In this document: in pieces, positions 39,902 through 53,200 of the stretch | Position numbering within the stretch: the stretch's first letter is position 1 | How the letters are laid out: each line of letters begins with the position of its first letter | Source: Ascidiella aspersa | Taxonomy: Eukaryota | DNA length: 64,000 bases | Reading direction: 5' to 3' | Assembly (NCBI GenBank): GCA_963924565.1 | Contig: OZ004608.1 | Location: forward strand, 9,734,001-9,798,000 | Position numbers and translations under genes: made by a program | The notes under the pieces: generated by a model | The model's input: the letters and a program-made list of their open reading frames with translations, nothing else | What the model was told of the DNA's origin: nothing | Database searches by the model: none

Positions 39902-41875
39902 TTAAAACTCGGTCAAAGAGCCGAAACCGCTTTCTGGACTCTCAGGTCCACTGCTGCAGGCTTTTGGCGAAGCAATAATCGCCTCTAGGTAACTAAACAT
40001 CTCGTCAACTTTTGTTTGTCGGAATGGCGAATTACTGTTAAGGGACGAGTCGTCCGCCTCTAGCGTAGATCCACAAATAAAATTTAGGCCGCGAGGTGGC
40101 GACGTTGCGACGAGGTCTGTGACCGAAATTGAGTTCAAATCGTCGACGCAAACTGCGGCTTCCGCAACAGGAAAAGGATCAAATTCAATGAGTTGTTCAA
40201 CCTCAATTGAAGTAATTAGGTTGAACTTGCTGTTGGCTGAAACAGATCCAGAATCGCTGGAGTCGTCACAACATGATACGGGACTTTCATTTGGAATCAA
40301 GTTTTTACAGACTTCCATCAAAGGTATTGAGCTAAGGTCGCTGCAATCCTTGCTAACATTGAGGTTGGCAGCCGAAAACGAGCCGTCGCTTTCCAACTCT
40401 GGTTTTGGCAGCGAGCGAAAGTCATAGACGACTTTACTGTCTCGAAGCGGTATTACATCAGTGCTTCTACCGCCAAAGTGGTGGACGGTCAATTTTGCAG
40501 ACTGCGATTCAAGCGGTTGGTTGCATACAGGGAAATATTCTTGCTCGCGATGTGTGCTGGGAATGTAATGGTCTACAGGCGACTGGCCTTTGTCGAAATT
40601 TAGGTTACCATCGCAACGCTCGTTCTCAGCGCTTTCATTGATGCAGGGGCGAGCGTGAAAATATGTAGCATCGTATAAGGGCTTTGGGAAACTTTGCTGG
40701 AACTTCATAGTATCTTCGCGGGAATAAGCAGCACGTTGGCCAAGTGTACTGAAACAGTCGACTGGATTACCCATGTTAACGGCTCTAGGATCCATGGGGT
40801 AAGTGTATCCTGACACATTGTACGTATCCAACGGCTGTACAGGATCTGGTTGGCCTTTGTCATCGATGGCGGCGTCGGCACCGACCGCTGCGGCGTCAAT
40901 TGCGTCAATAGCGATGTTGTCTTCGCTCCGACACCAGAATCTGCTGCGTTCGCTGAAGTCTCGACTCCCGTCCAAGCAACCTCGAAGAAATTCGATGTAA
41001 CGGATGGCGAGCTGGAAGTTGAAGAATAAATGCTTGTTTAGGGATTTTCGGCACGTACCTCATTGCGTTAGATTGACTGACTAACAAAACGCACCTTTTT
41101 GCGTAAGATTAAAGGATCAGATGTGTTTGTCTAATGCTTTGTAGCGCAATGATTTAAAAAGCAATGTATACTTAGAAACAGGATGACCACTTAACTATAG
41201 TCAGGAAGGAAATATCTTTCTATTAGAGAATAGTAGAATACATATTTAATTTACTATAACTCTGTTTATTTTCTACTTATTAATTAAATCTACCGTGTTC
41301 ACTCCTTCGCATAATTTTGTCCAATAAACTGTCTACAACATTTTTGATTGGAATCATGTGTTCGCTATTTACCTGGAGAGTTTTCTTTTTGTGGATTTTT
41401 CTGTTGTCGGTAAGTCGGATTGGAAGTACACCTTGCAGGGATTCGAGGGCGCCATTAAAATCCCTGAGTCTCTGACGTTCTTTACCAGCTGCTTCCTTGC
41501 GACGGCGTTTTGGTTTAGGTGCTTCCCCGCATGGTGACTGCCTTTTCTTCGAGTTAAATTCATTAAGATGATTCTGAAAAAATCAGTTTTTATTAGAATG
41601 TTTTAGACATACCACCAGATAGATATATGATAAACAAGTAGGTAAGTTATTCAGTGAAAGATTGGCAAGCAACTTGTTTTTCAGGATTCTTTGGAAAATA
41701 TCCCACTTATTTACATTTACAGTATATTAGTAAAAAAGTTGTAATTATTAAAAAATTGTACATGCGAGTAATATAAACCTACCTCTTCGTGGTTATACGC
41801 TGTATGGCTTGTACTTGCGCTTTGAGGAAACCTTACATAGCCGTAACTTCCAGGAGCATAATGCAGAGTCGTCAT
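39902..41875 (-). CDS. Divergent group-A bHLH transcription factor, triplicate copy C (~467 aa)
   Basis: Exons 41875-41783, 41573-41373 and 41011-39902. All phase 0, canonical splice sites, intact ORF. Confidence 0.88.
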
Positions 41876-44282
41876 GATTCTATTGCACACTTTATACACT
41901 TTTAGACTTGCAACAACGGTAAAGCAACAGATGCGAATGATCAACTTTCGACACCCCCGTGCATTTAAAGGCAGCACTTTCCATTTTTTCGGCTGAGGAC
42001 TTGGGCAAACACGCCAACGGCGCCAGGCCCCTGCCCAGGCCGCCACGGACTCCGCCGCCGTCGCATGCAGTAAAGCTAGAGAGGGCAAACGCTGCAAGCC
42101 GCTCGCTGGCCTTCCATTTCCGACTTTGGCGGCGACTTGAATCGCGTCGCCCGCTACTTGGCAAACTTCGATCGAAACACGGGAAGGCTTAGACGTGGCG
42201 TGTAGAGAGTCTGCGTCAGTCGGCCCATACCTGGATCGCGCTTTGGGCGGGACGCAAGCGCGGTGGACAAACAGACGCTTTCCGATTTAGATTTCATTTT
42301 TTTACTCGACCAAGCCCTGGAAATGGGCAAAATATAACCGTTGGTTGATATATTTATTTCGAATCAAACGTTATTTGTTTTTTTAAAAGTCTTTGTTATT
42401 AGTTTTTTCACGATTTGATAAAATCGAACGTTTGTAAAACAAAATCTCCTCTGTTTGAAATATAATGTAGGCCCCTTTTTCTTATTGAAATATAAGGTTG
42501 TAGCTTTGGTGATCGTTTTAGTTCCTAACAACACTGAATATATTTTTTTAACTGACCTATACTGTGTTAATTGGGTGTTGAGAATCTTGACAGTTATTCA
42601 ACTACTTTGCAAAAAACAAACATTGTATACTGAAATGATACGTTTAACATTTCACATGAGAGTTTAAACATTCCAACTTGGGAGGTTAGACTTCCGAACA
42701 AACATAATGCTAAGTAAAGCAAAATATTGGATGAATTTTAAACCGCATTTGTGATGTCACGCAGGGACACGCGTGGCACACGAATCAAAATGTTGACAAT
42801 ACAAAATAAACGTGACGGGAGGCGTTCTTTGTTTGCACAGCAAGGTAAGCCAAGTTGAAGGCAGTGGTCAGATCCGCGACCAATTTCATTGTTTGCTTTC
42901 TGCAAATGTCGCGCTGCGAAAGCAACTATATACGCAATAAACCACGCGACCAAGTTCGGGGTGAACACGCTTTCCACACATTGGTCGCGGCAGACAATAT
43001 TGCATAAGCTTTCACGCAAGTCAGATTACAAAAAGCGTTTGCATAATTGCCAGTGAGAAGTTAGACTAAAACTTTGTAGAAATGAAAGAAGAGTGACCAA
43101 ACACATCTACAACCATCCCAGATGCACATGCCTACACTAAATTAGAAAAAAAGCTTAACGTGACTATATCTTATTTTACGTTAGTCCATTAATCAGGCAC
43201 CACTACTGGCCACGTTTGGCAGACAACATTTTAAAGTGTGGGATAAATTGCTGCCAAAAACATGTATAATTAAAGTGAATGGAAGTTTAAATTAAAACAA
43301 ATTTGTCGGTATCAATTGAATAGAGTGTTTTTCACACCCAAAGGTTTGAAAATGTATACAGAACAAATTAGCAACAACAAAGACCATAAACTAACAGTTT
43401 GGTCATGAAATCATTCGGATAAATTTCACGTATAGTGGTTTTAACACGACTATGGAAAGCTGGACTAAACGCACAATCAAATGCACTTCTTCCCAACAAA
43501 CGTTTGTCACTTCGCGACCTACAATCTTCTTGCGTATTACAATCCCTGGACGCAGCAGAAGGACAAACAATCGGTCACATTTAATCACCCGTGTAGGTGG
43601 TGTTCGATTGCTTTGCTGGTATGCGCCGATTACAATAAGCAGTGAAACCCGACGCGCTCGTATCCAACGCTATATTGTTGTCATGTCGGAGCGACGATGG
43701 CCACTAGGGTAATTAACCTTTTCAAACGGCGTTAGCTAAGCCCCGTATTACCTGTAATGTTGCTCGGATTGTGGTAGTGTATTGTTTGTATGAGCATGAA
43801 CATACGGTTCTAAGTACAAATATTCGTTATTTTGAGAGCTTAAAATGAAGGGCTACCCGCCGGACGAAATATAAGCATAGCCATTGGTAGTCTTTCAGGC
43901 GACGAAAATATTGCAATGTGTGTAGACAAGTTACCAAGTAAGAGAGTAATAGGGGACTATTTAAGGGTATAAAAATAAAACTACTGTTTTCCTCAGAAAG
44001 TTGCGTTTGCGCTATTGGATAATAGGTCTTATATATAACTTCTTAGGTCAGCGTGCAATTTGCACAAGCATGTTGCAATTCGCACAAGCATGTTCATCAT
44101 TTATTCATATCAATTATACCCAATTTATGCAATTATTATACAACAGGTGTTGTGCCAATAACGCCGACTCCAATCTCTTTTAAAGAGCTTAGCATTGCAT
44201 TTAAAGCTTTGCAGGTGAAATAGCAACACTGGAGAATACAGGGTATAGGTTTCTTACATGGTGACTACTGCGTAAAGTCAGG

Positions 44283-47200
44283 ATGGGCAGTGCACCGAGC
44301 AAAGTGCCCAGATCTCGCAGTGGCCTTTCCTTTGTCTCCACTTCGTCCGTTTCTTCGCTCACAACGTGCGCCTCCGATAATGAAGATGAACCTTCAGGTG
44401 GGGGACAATAAATCAGTTGCAAAACTTGTGGTGGGCACATCTAACTAAATTTTACAAAAAATATTTAATAAATTAAAGTCAAGTCATATGTCCGAAAACC
44501 CGAAGTGAAGTCAAGGTTTATATAACAGTGAGTTGAGTACACATATAAGTCAAGTTATTGACTTAAGTTAAAAACACACTACAAATAACCATCTTCTCCA
44601 CTTACAAGCATATTCAACTCTAATGTTTTTCCTGAATTAACACGAAATCGTTTCATGCCTATAGGCCACGAAAGCGCCGAAAACTTCATATTCGATGACG
44701 TCACCACGAAATCGTTCTGCGTGAAGTGGTCGCCACCGAAGCGTGTCGACATTGCGTCATATCAAGTCAGGATATTTCCACCAGACAAAATAAAGTCGCG
44801 CACCTTGGTGAGTTTTGAATAGTTTATTTCCCATTAATTAGCGGTTTAACATGTAGCCTACCCAGTCTGTAACATTCAACTAGAAGTGCAATAGTCACTT
44901 ATGGCCAGTGTTGTAAAACGACAAAACAGTGACTATGGCATCGAATATTTGTAACGAAGTTTAAACGTCAGCTGCGGGGGCGAGGTCAAATTTACCGAAA
45001 AAATCCAAGCAACCCATTCTTACTTTTGATTGCTAGCACAGTGGTATCAACCTTTTTTCTTTCGTGGCCCATTTTCGTCGCACAAAAATCTGTTGCTCAA
45101 TAATTTTTTATAAAAAAAAATATAAAAAGGGTTTAGAGCAAAAAACAGCAGAACATATTTTAAAACAGATTATTTATTCAACCGTTTACAGTACAGTTGC
45201 ACTGCGCTGAGCTGGGCGTTAAATTGTTTTCACTACGGCTGGACTGAGCTGCGCTGGGCGCAAAAATCGCTCCAAAACGTAACGTTTTTCTATAGCTGTA
45301 CTGGGCTTGAGTTTAGCAAAGCGTTAAAATTGCTCTAAAGCGTATTTTTCCAGCTGCACAGGGCTTGAGCTGAGCAAAGCGTAAAACGCTCGTCACAATA
45401 GAATTTAAATGCAAATTACGCTTTGCTCAGCTCAGTGCAGCTCTAGTGTAAACGGGCCTTTAGTGAGATACTTGCTGCTGAACAATAAATTTACATTTCA
45501 TTTACATTCCTTCTTAATTCGTCTCCAAAAATTAGGTATAGTGACACAAATGAAACCTAAAAATTTATAAATCTATTTTTTTCAAATAGGTCTGTGGCCC
45601 TACTTAAAATGTTTGGTGGACCATGGTCCACTGGTTGAAAACCCCTGTGCTAGAAGATAGGGATATATGTTACCGGGTCGGATCGACTCCCGTCCATTTG
45701 AGAACATATTTTTGACCAAAGAAAAATTTTTATTTGCAGTTGCGAGCGTTGCCAGCACCCGAGTACACATTCTGTCGTCTGCATTCGGGAACCTCATACA
45801 GCGTCGCCGTCATCGCCACCAAATTAAACGGGGAAAGGGTGCCTTGCTCGACGGCACACGTTGCAACACGTAAGACATGAAACCGACGTTGGCAAAATCT
45901 GGAAAAGCCTTTTTATTTTACTTGGTTGAAATTAATTTCATCGAATGAACTGTATAAGCTTTGCGCCCCACTTCACTTTTTAAATGATCGCCTCGGTTTA
46001 GAAAATTTTAGTACTGCTTGCATTGTAAAGGCAGCCATACTCGCAGCATTCCCGGGTAAAATAAATTTTATTAATAAAAAGTGTTAAAAAATACAAATGC
46101 AAAATTAACTTGTACAATGTAGATTCAGTAAAAACTCGTACTAGGTTACTGCAGTGCACTTATAATATAAAACTCTTTTATCAAAGTAAACTTTAGGACT
46201 TAGCGCAATTAGTGTCAAACAAATATATTCGTCCGTTAACCTTTAAGTTCGACATTTTAACATAGCAAAAATTAATCCATTTTTTCTCGCTGTTTCGGTA
46301 GTTCCCCGCCCTCCACGCAACATTGAGTTTCCCTCGCAAGCGACCAGCAGCGCTGTGGAAGTAACTTGGCGCCATTCCAAGGGCAAGCGAGACTGCTACG
46401 AGGCTAGCATCGAACCCACCGAAGGCGTGACGTCACCTTGCAACGTCACGAACCTGACGTCACCAGGTCACGTGTTCAGCGGGCTGGTGCCGGGCGTCAG
46501 GTACACGGTTTCGGTTTTCGCGGTGGCGAACAGAGTGAGGAGCGAAGCCTTGGTTGGCGAGTTTACAACAGGTAAGTGCCTTTTCTTTGTTTCTTTTTGG
46601 TTTATCGGCTGTTTATTAATTCGAAAGTCAGGGAAAAAAATATTTTTCTCCCTGGACACAACTTTTAGGTTGGTGCCTTTACTTTCGTTCGTTTTTACTT
46701 TTTCTGTTTTCAAATTTTGGGATTATGACAAAAACAACTTTCTCCCTGAAAACAGTTGGAAAATGTTTGGTGATTTCGTTTTTTTTTTTGTGGTGGAAAT
46801 GTAAACCGATGAAAATTTGACTCTCTTACAACTGTCGTTTTTATGAATTAGACATTTTTAACCTAGCCTATACAGAAAGTTTGTAAATTAAGTTTCGTGA
46901 AATGACAAAGCAAAGTTTTCTTTCGTAAAACACAGTTACGTGATATGAATATTACAAACAAATGCCAACAGGCAAGTCATGCATTTTTCAGGTGGTTAAA
47001 CTTTAATTCCTAAAAGTCCGATAATGTTTTTCATCATATCTATGATGCATAAAACACTATATTAGTGTAAATATTTTTATTTCGTTTTTTTTTATCTGTT
47101 TTCAGGCCCGCGTCACGTTTGTGACCTCATATTTGCTGACGTTTTAAAAAAATACCGACAATAACGCAATTTATTTTAGGGGCCATTATTGGTACTTTAT

Positions 47201-50200
47201 ATCGGCACAATAAACTATGCTACCCTTAAAAAAGTTATGCGACGTACGGATATCATAGAAAACACAAGCTTGTTAGTCGTTATATTTATTTCATGACGTT
47301 GGATTTTAAATTTTTATCTTCAGCATGCCAAATGGTCGTATCGCATTTGATATTATCAATGGCAAAAACGTAATTTGAAGGTTTTGGATGTAACAAAACA
47401 TCCCATTCAGTGAAACAAAATAAGTTTTATTTCGTTTTTTATCTGTTTAAAGGCCCGCGTCACGTTTGTGACCTCATATTTGCTGAAGTCACCCAACACG
47501 AGTTAACGGTCCAATGGAAGGCTCCAGAAGGAAAAGTGGAGGGTTATAACTTGAAACTCACGCAAACCGATCACAAATCAAGTAAACTGAAATGATGCTT
47601 AACATAAAAAAAGTTATTGTAAAAATGAAAATGAAAATGATAATTATGAGGTTGCTCGACCGTACAAAAAATATTTTCAATGTTATGGTTATCTGGCTAT
47701 TTGCGTAACAATATTGTAAAAATTAAAATTAAAATGATAATAAAGAGGTTAAACGACCGTATAAAAAATATTATCAACGATATGGTTAAAAAAAAAAAAA
47801 AAAAAAATCTTGTCATCATTGGTTTCTGTAATATACTTTTTTTGGTAGTGGATCGCGGTGATGCTTAAAAGTGATATTATTGTTTGGCATATTTACGTTA
47901 CACCTATTCAATTTTACGTTGCCTTTTTTGATAGTCATTCTATGTTATTATTTGCCCAAATACTATTTTCATAACAAACTCAGACCAATTTATTTTTAAT
48001 TTGTCTTGAATGTAACATGTTTCATACATTTCACGTAGACGAACCTGTTCAGATCAATAAACTGACCAATCTCAGCTACACCTTCAACGGGTTGGTGCCC
48101 GGTCGTTTGTACGACTGCACCGTCACCAGTGTGACCCTCGACACACAAAGCAAACCTCGGACTTACACGTGTTGTACAAGTAAGTGGACCTATATGTTTA
48201 CTACTAAAAATAATTCCTGTTTGTGCATTCGCGTATAGCTTGTCAGTCTGCTGTCTAAAGGTTACATTTGTACAGTCTGCGAAATTATATTAATTTAAGG
48301 GTAAACCCAGGCATATATGTGCTGCACAAGAGCGTATAGATCTTTATAAACTTCCACGGGTGGATCTAAACTTTAACTTCTAAAAATAAAGCACATTAGG
48401 TACGTTGACGCAGCCCTGAATTATGTCGCATTTTATTTACAGGACTCGATTTACAAGAAAAATAAAAAATGCTCAAGATCTAGTTTTGCCGTAATTAAAA
48501 AAAAAAGTCCATGATAATCGAAGAAACTGTTGACGCAGTGAATTTAGAAAACAACAACTTACTAATAAAAATTTTCTGTACAATCTAGTCCCATCTCAGG
48601 CCAGTGACGTCACAGCTCGCGAAATCGGGCCCGAGGAAGCCCTGGTCACGTGGTCACCCGCTACCGGTGACGTCGACGACTATGACCTCTTCTTGACCCC
48701 AAAGGAGGGAGCGTCATGTAATACAAATCCTAGCGGCGTCAAGGGCACGAAATATCACTTTAAAGGTAAGACCAAATAACCGTTTTTCAAATTATTATTT
48801 GAAGTAGCTTACATTCTACAAACTAGATGAATCATGTGACACAACCGTGATGTGCGAAAGCTTGTCGAGAATTCAATACAATTATCTTTATATAGTGCCA
48901 CCTGATTTCTCTTTTTATAATTAGACAAATACGGCCATTTACAAAGATTCTACAACCTGTTTAACTTTTGATTTGTCATCATATAGGCCTGGTGCCCGGA
49001 ACAACGTACAAACTCGGGATTGTCTCAAATTCAAAGGATAAAAGCAGCAAGAGGGTTGTCGCGACCTTTATAACTGGCAAGTTGTGATATAAAACTAAGG
49101 ATAAGCTATGCTGTTTAACGAAGAATTACCCTGCTCAACAAAAAAAAAGTATTTTGAGGTCTCAACAAACTTAAATTATGTAATCTTCTTGTAATTAATT
49201 GAGCAAACAATTATGGAGTATTTGAGTCAAAGGCACCCTGTCTTGTTTGGCCTAATAAGTGCAAAGTTAGGGCGGGGAGGAAATAGAAAAAGACCACTAC
49301 AATGCTTTAAATGAGCTTTTCGATTTAGATAAAAATTCAGTCAAGATTTGATTAGAGGTTTAACTATTCATCAAAACATTTTCAACAGAACCCGGTTTGT
49401 CAGGCGATTTGGATTTCGTGAAAGAAGGAAGTTCAAGGCAAAAACAAATGGTGAAATGGCGCCCTTCAAAGGGAAGAGCAGACTCGTACATTGTTTACGC
49501 CAGGTAACAGTATTTATAACGTAGAATTTGTTCTAGAAGTCAGTATACTAGAATAAACTCTTATATATTTTACCTTTTAATTAAGTCCAAAGAGTGAAAC
49601 CTTATGTCATACACCACCGTGAATCCTTTGGACAAAGCGCCAGACACGGCAAATAAACTAGCATATTGTAAATCCAAGCCCATGACCTCGACCGTTTCAG
49701 AGCTGCCGTAATGCTTTTTGTGGTGTCACCGAGTGTTATTTAAATTGAAACTTTACAAATGTGTATATACTTCATCGCAAAGTAAGGTATAAATTTCGTA
49801 TACCAATCTAATTTGTCAAAATTTATTCAGCACCCCCAATTTACTTTCCCTGTTTGTTTTTTTGCAGAAGATCGGATAAAAAGGAACCTGGATGGAAACT
49901 GGATGACGTATACTCTCCCGAGTGTTGGTTGAACGATCTCACGCCGGGTACGTCATACCAGGTCGACGTGACGTCATTGAGCGACGGAATGGAATCTTCG
50001 GCCCTGAGTGGTACCTTCGCAACTGGTGGGTAGCACATGCAACCATGCATTATGTCTTTAATATCTCTCGTTTCGCCTCCAAGATTAGAATGTAATTTGG
50101 GGGGACATTTAGGACAAATGTAATTTATATGTATATTGTTAGCAGTAGTTCTTTTTAGGCATTTACTTGCAAGAAGGTATCTAAAAAATCAAAAATATTA

Positions 50201-53200
50201 TCTTTCTGTTAAAAAAGCTTGTTCTATAGAATGTTGTTATAGAACTAAATGTACTTTTGGAAATGATTTGCTTTTGGAAAATAAGGAGGTACCATACGTC
50301 AAATATCGACATGCCCGCATCAATGAAACAGATCTGGTTTGAAATTTATGTTTATAGTTTATCTGAAAGTGTTTTGACTGTTTGTTTTAGAGCCCAACCC
50401 TGTATCAACCTTAAGCTTCCCACACGAGGGATGCGCTTGGGACAAAGTGCAGTGCGCCTGGGATAAGGCGGAAGGAGGTGTAGAGAGTTACAAGCTTACA
50501 GTCAAGCTTGATGGTAAGCCTGTTTGTTGTTCACAATGGGCGTATGTATATGTTTGTATATAACATACTTTCTATAGCAGGAGTTCTCAAACTTCTTCAT
50601 AGGTGACCCCTAAAAAATATTTTTGTTTTGCGTGGACCAAGGTTGGCGTGAGACGTCATAAATTGACGTCATTGAACAAGTAGAACTAACAAACCTGCTG
50701 TTTTAGTTATAGAAATATGAAACTGAAATAAAGTCTAAATACACTTTAGCGTTTTTTTCTGTGTAACTTTATTTGTATGAAAAATTATCTAACTTTTTAA
50801 ATAATGCAGTAGGTCTTTAACTGGGCCTTGATGAACCCCTTTAAACTAGTCCCCTTTAAACCCCACTTTGAGAACTCATGATCCATAGGCATTTGTGCGT
50901 CTTAACCGAGTGTGTTTTCTTAGTCATAAAACTCATACATTTAACGAACACCTATTTTAGGCGCAGTTGCTTTGGAAAAGCACGTCGACTCGGATTTATT
51001 GAATTACACGTTCACCGGATTAAAACCATCGACGATCTACGAGTTCGTTGTGGAAGTTTACAGCAATTCGTTGCTGAGCACTTCTGTCACGGGAAAGCAC
51101 AAAACTGGTGAGTAAAAAGCTTTACAAAAATGTCGCGACATATTTCAAACAATATCAAGGCTGATGGTAGCCCTTGAAACGAAAACTAAACCGAAAGTGA
51201 TATATATGTTCATATAGTTACTACACCAATTGTATATTTGTGTGTTGCGTTCCCGTCTATACCAGTTCTCGTTTGTTAATTTTTGCAGGAATATGTAGAA
51301 TGCTAGGTCAAAACCCTTAGACTTAAAGATGTAGAAGATTTTTATTTCCAAGCATACTATACTTTGCTCTATAATCAAAATGTAATAGATTACAAAACGG
51401 CAAAGGCACGACATTTTCTAAATTTATAGTGCACACTGTGTTCCTTGTGTGTTCGCTCCTTACCATAACCTCTTCCCGTTCGCGCGTTTTTTGACAAACG
51501 AAAAAACACACCTAAAGTCAGACATTAAAACCATTCACCGAACCGATTGCAAAGGTCCCTGCGCGATCTCGAACCTTCGATTGGAGCAGAAAGGCAAGAG
51601 GGAGCTCGCAGCTGAGTGGGTAGCTTCGGACGGTGGAGCGGACGACTACATGCTCACCATAGATTCACTGGGCGACGCGGAGCCTAAACTTTCGACCACG
51701 TGTGAGGAAACCAGCACTAAACACAGCTTCAGGGATCTAACACCGGGCACGCAGTACAGGGTAGGGGTCACTCCAAGGTCGAGGAAGATATGCGGGCCGA
51801 CAGCCGACGCCGAGGCGTACACCAGTAAGTGCTGTTTTTCGAATAGTGCTGGACATTACCCAGGCCAATCTTTCATTTCTCGCTGTTTGAACAATTAAAC
51901 TAATTTGAGCCTAATCCGTTATATGTATGCGAGTATGCCATTCATCAATAGTAAAAGAAGGCAAAAGGCTTACAACTAAAATTTAGCTATTAATAGGGTT
52001 TACCCAGAGATGTTCATTGGGGTATTACGTAGTCAGTTTCGTATAGGCTTTTTAGCTATACGCTGAATTAACACTTTTATATACAGATTGTGTTCTTTTT
52101 TAGGATTATCAAGTGAAAATACTACATCGGCTAAATGTAATAAACACTAGTAATGGCTTAACAATATATAAACAGGTCACTTATTCAACAATAATCCATC
52201 CAAACTAGTCGTGCGGATTTTGTTTTAACGGATCTTATTCCTCGCAGAGCCTGGTGACGTCACGAACGTCCACATCCCGCAAGCTTCCGTCAGCAAGGAC
52301 ACGATCGTACTCAACTGGTCCGGAGTGGAGGGTAACTGCAGGTCGATGGACATCACGCTCACTCGCATCCAGAAGATCGATGAGGATCAGCTCTCGGCGG
52401 CCGCCGTTATCATCAAGGAGGAGTACATCGAAAGATGCGAGAGCGGACTTAATGAGCGAATATACGATGGTTTAGACGAAGCCACCATCTACGGATTCCG
52501 ACTCAGGTCTAATGGGGAGGCCGGGGTGGGAGATGATGTTGTTGTAACCCAAGCGACTCTCTCAACCAAGCCAGAACCGCCTCCCGTTGAAGATGCGAAG
52601 CCTCCATCTCCGATTACATTACCCAAGGAAAAAACGCCTTCCCCTGAACCTGAGCTCTTAGTTAACGAAAGTCCGGAGCCAGTTGTTAAGCTACCTGAAT
52701 TTCACGATAAGCCTCCATCACCAATCCTACAACCCAAGGCAAAAACGCCATCGCCAGAACCCGAAACTCAAGCTCGTGATAGCCCGGAGCCAGTTATTCA
52801 ACCACCTGAAGTCCGTGAGAAAACGCCATCTCCCATTCCAGAACCAAAGGCAAAGACGCCATCACCAGAGCCTGAAATTCAAGCTCGCGAAAGCCCAGAG
52901 CCAGTTATGAATCCACCTAAAGTCGACGAGAAACCTCCTTCTCCAATTCCAGAGGAAAAAATACCAACACCCGAGCCTGAACCCCCAGCTCGCATAAGCC
53001 CAGAGCCAGATACTCATCTCCCAGAAGCCAATGATAAACCTCCAACTCCCATTCCATTGCACGAAGAAAAACCACCATCTCCAGTTCCCGAACCCACGAA
53101 AAGTCCTTCTCCTACCCTAGAGCCCGAAAGAAAAACTCCATCTCCAGTCGTCCCAGTAAAACCACCATCACCATTTGAACAACCACGAGAGAAAACTCCG

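Larger units (their letters stand above)
30383..43050. repeat. Tandem segmental triplication (units start ~30383, ~34863, ~39902)
   Basis: Coding exons, introns, proximal promoters and a distal upstream block are visibly alignable across the three units. The A-B and B-C spacers are also homologous (~33600-34860 vs ~38540-39900). Confidence 0.92.

Noticed and set aside
21799-41875. Naming the bHLH genes Mesp, Twist, Ptf1a or Neurogenin
   Set aside because: Each matches only partly. Orthology cannot be assigned without a phylogeny.
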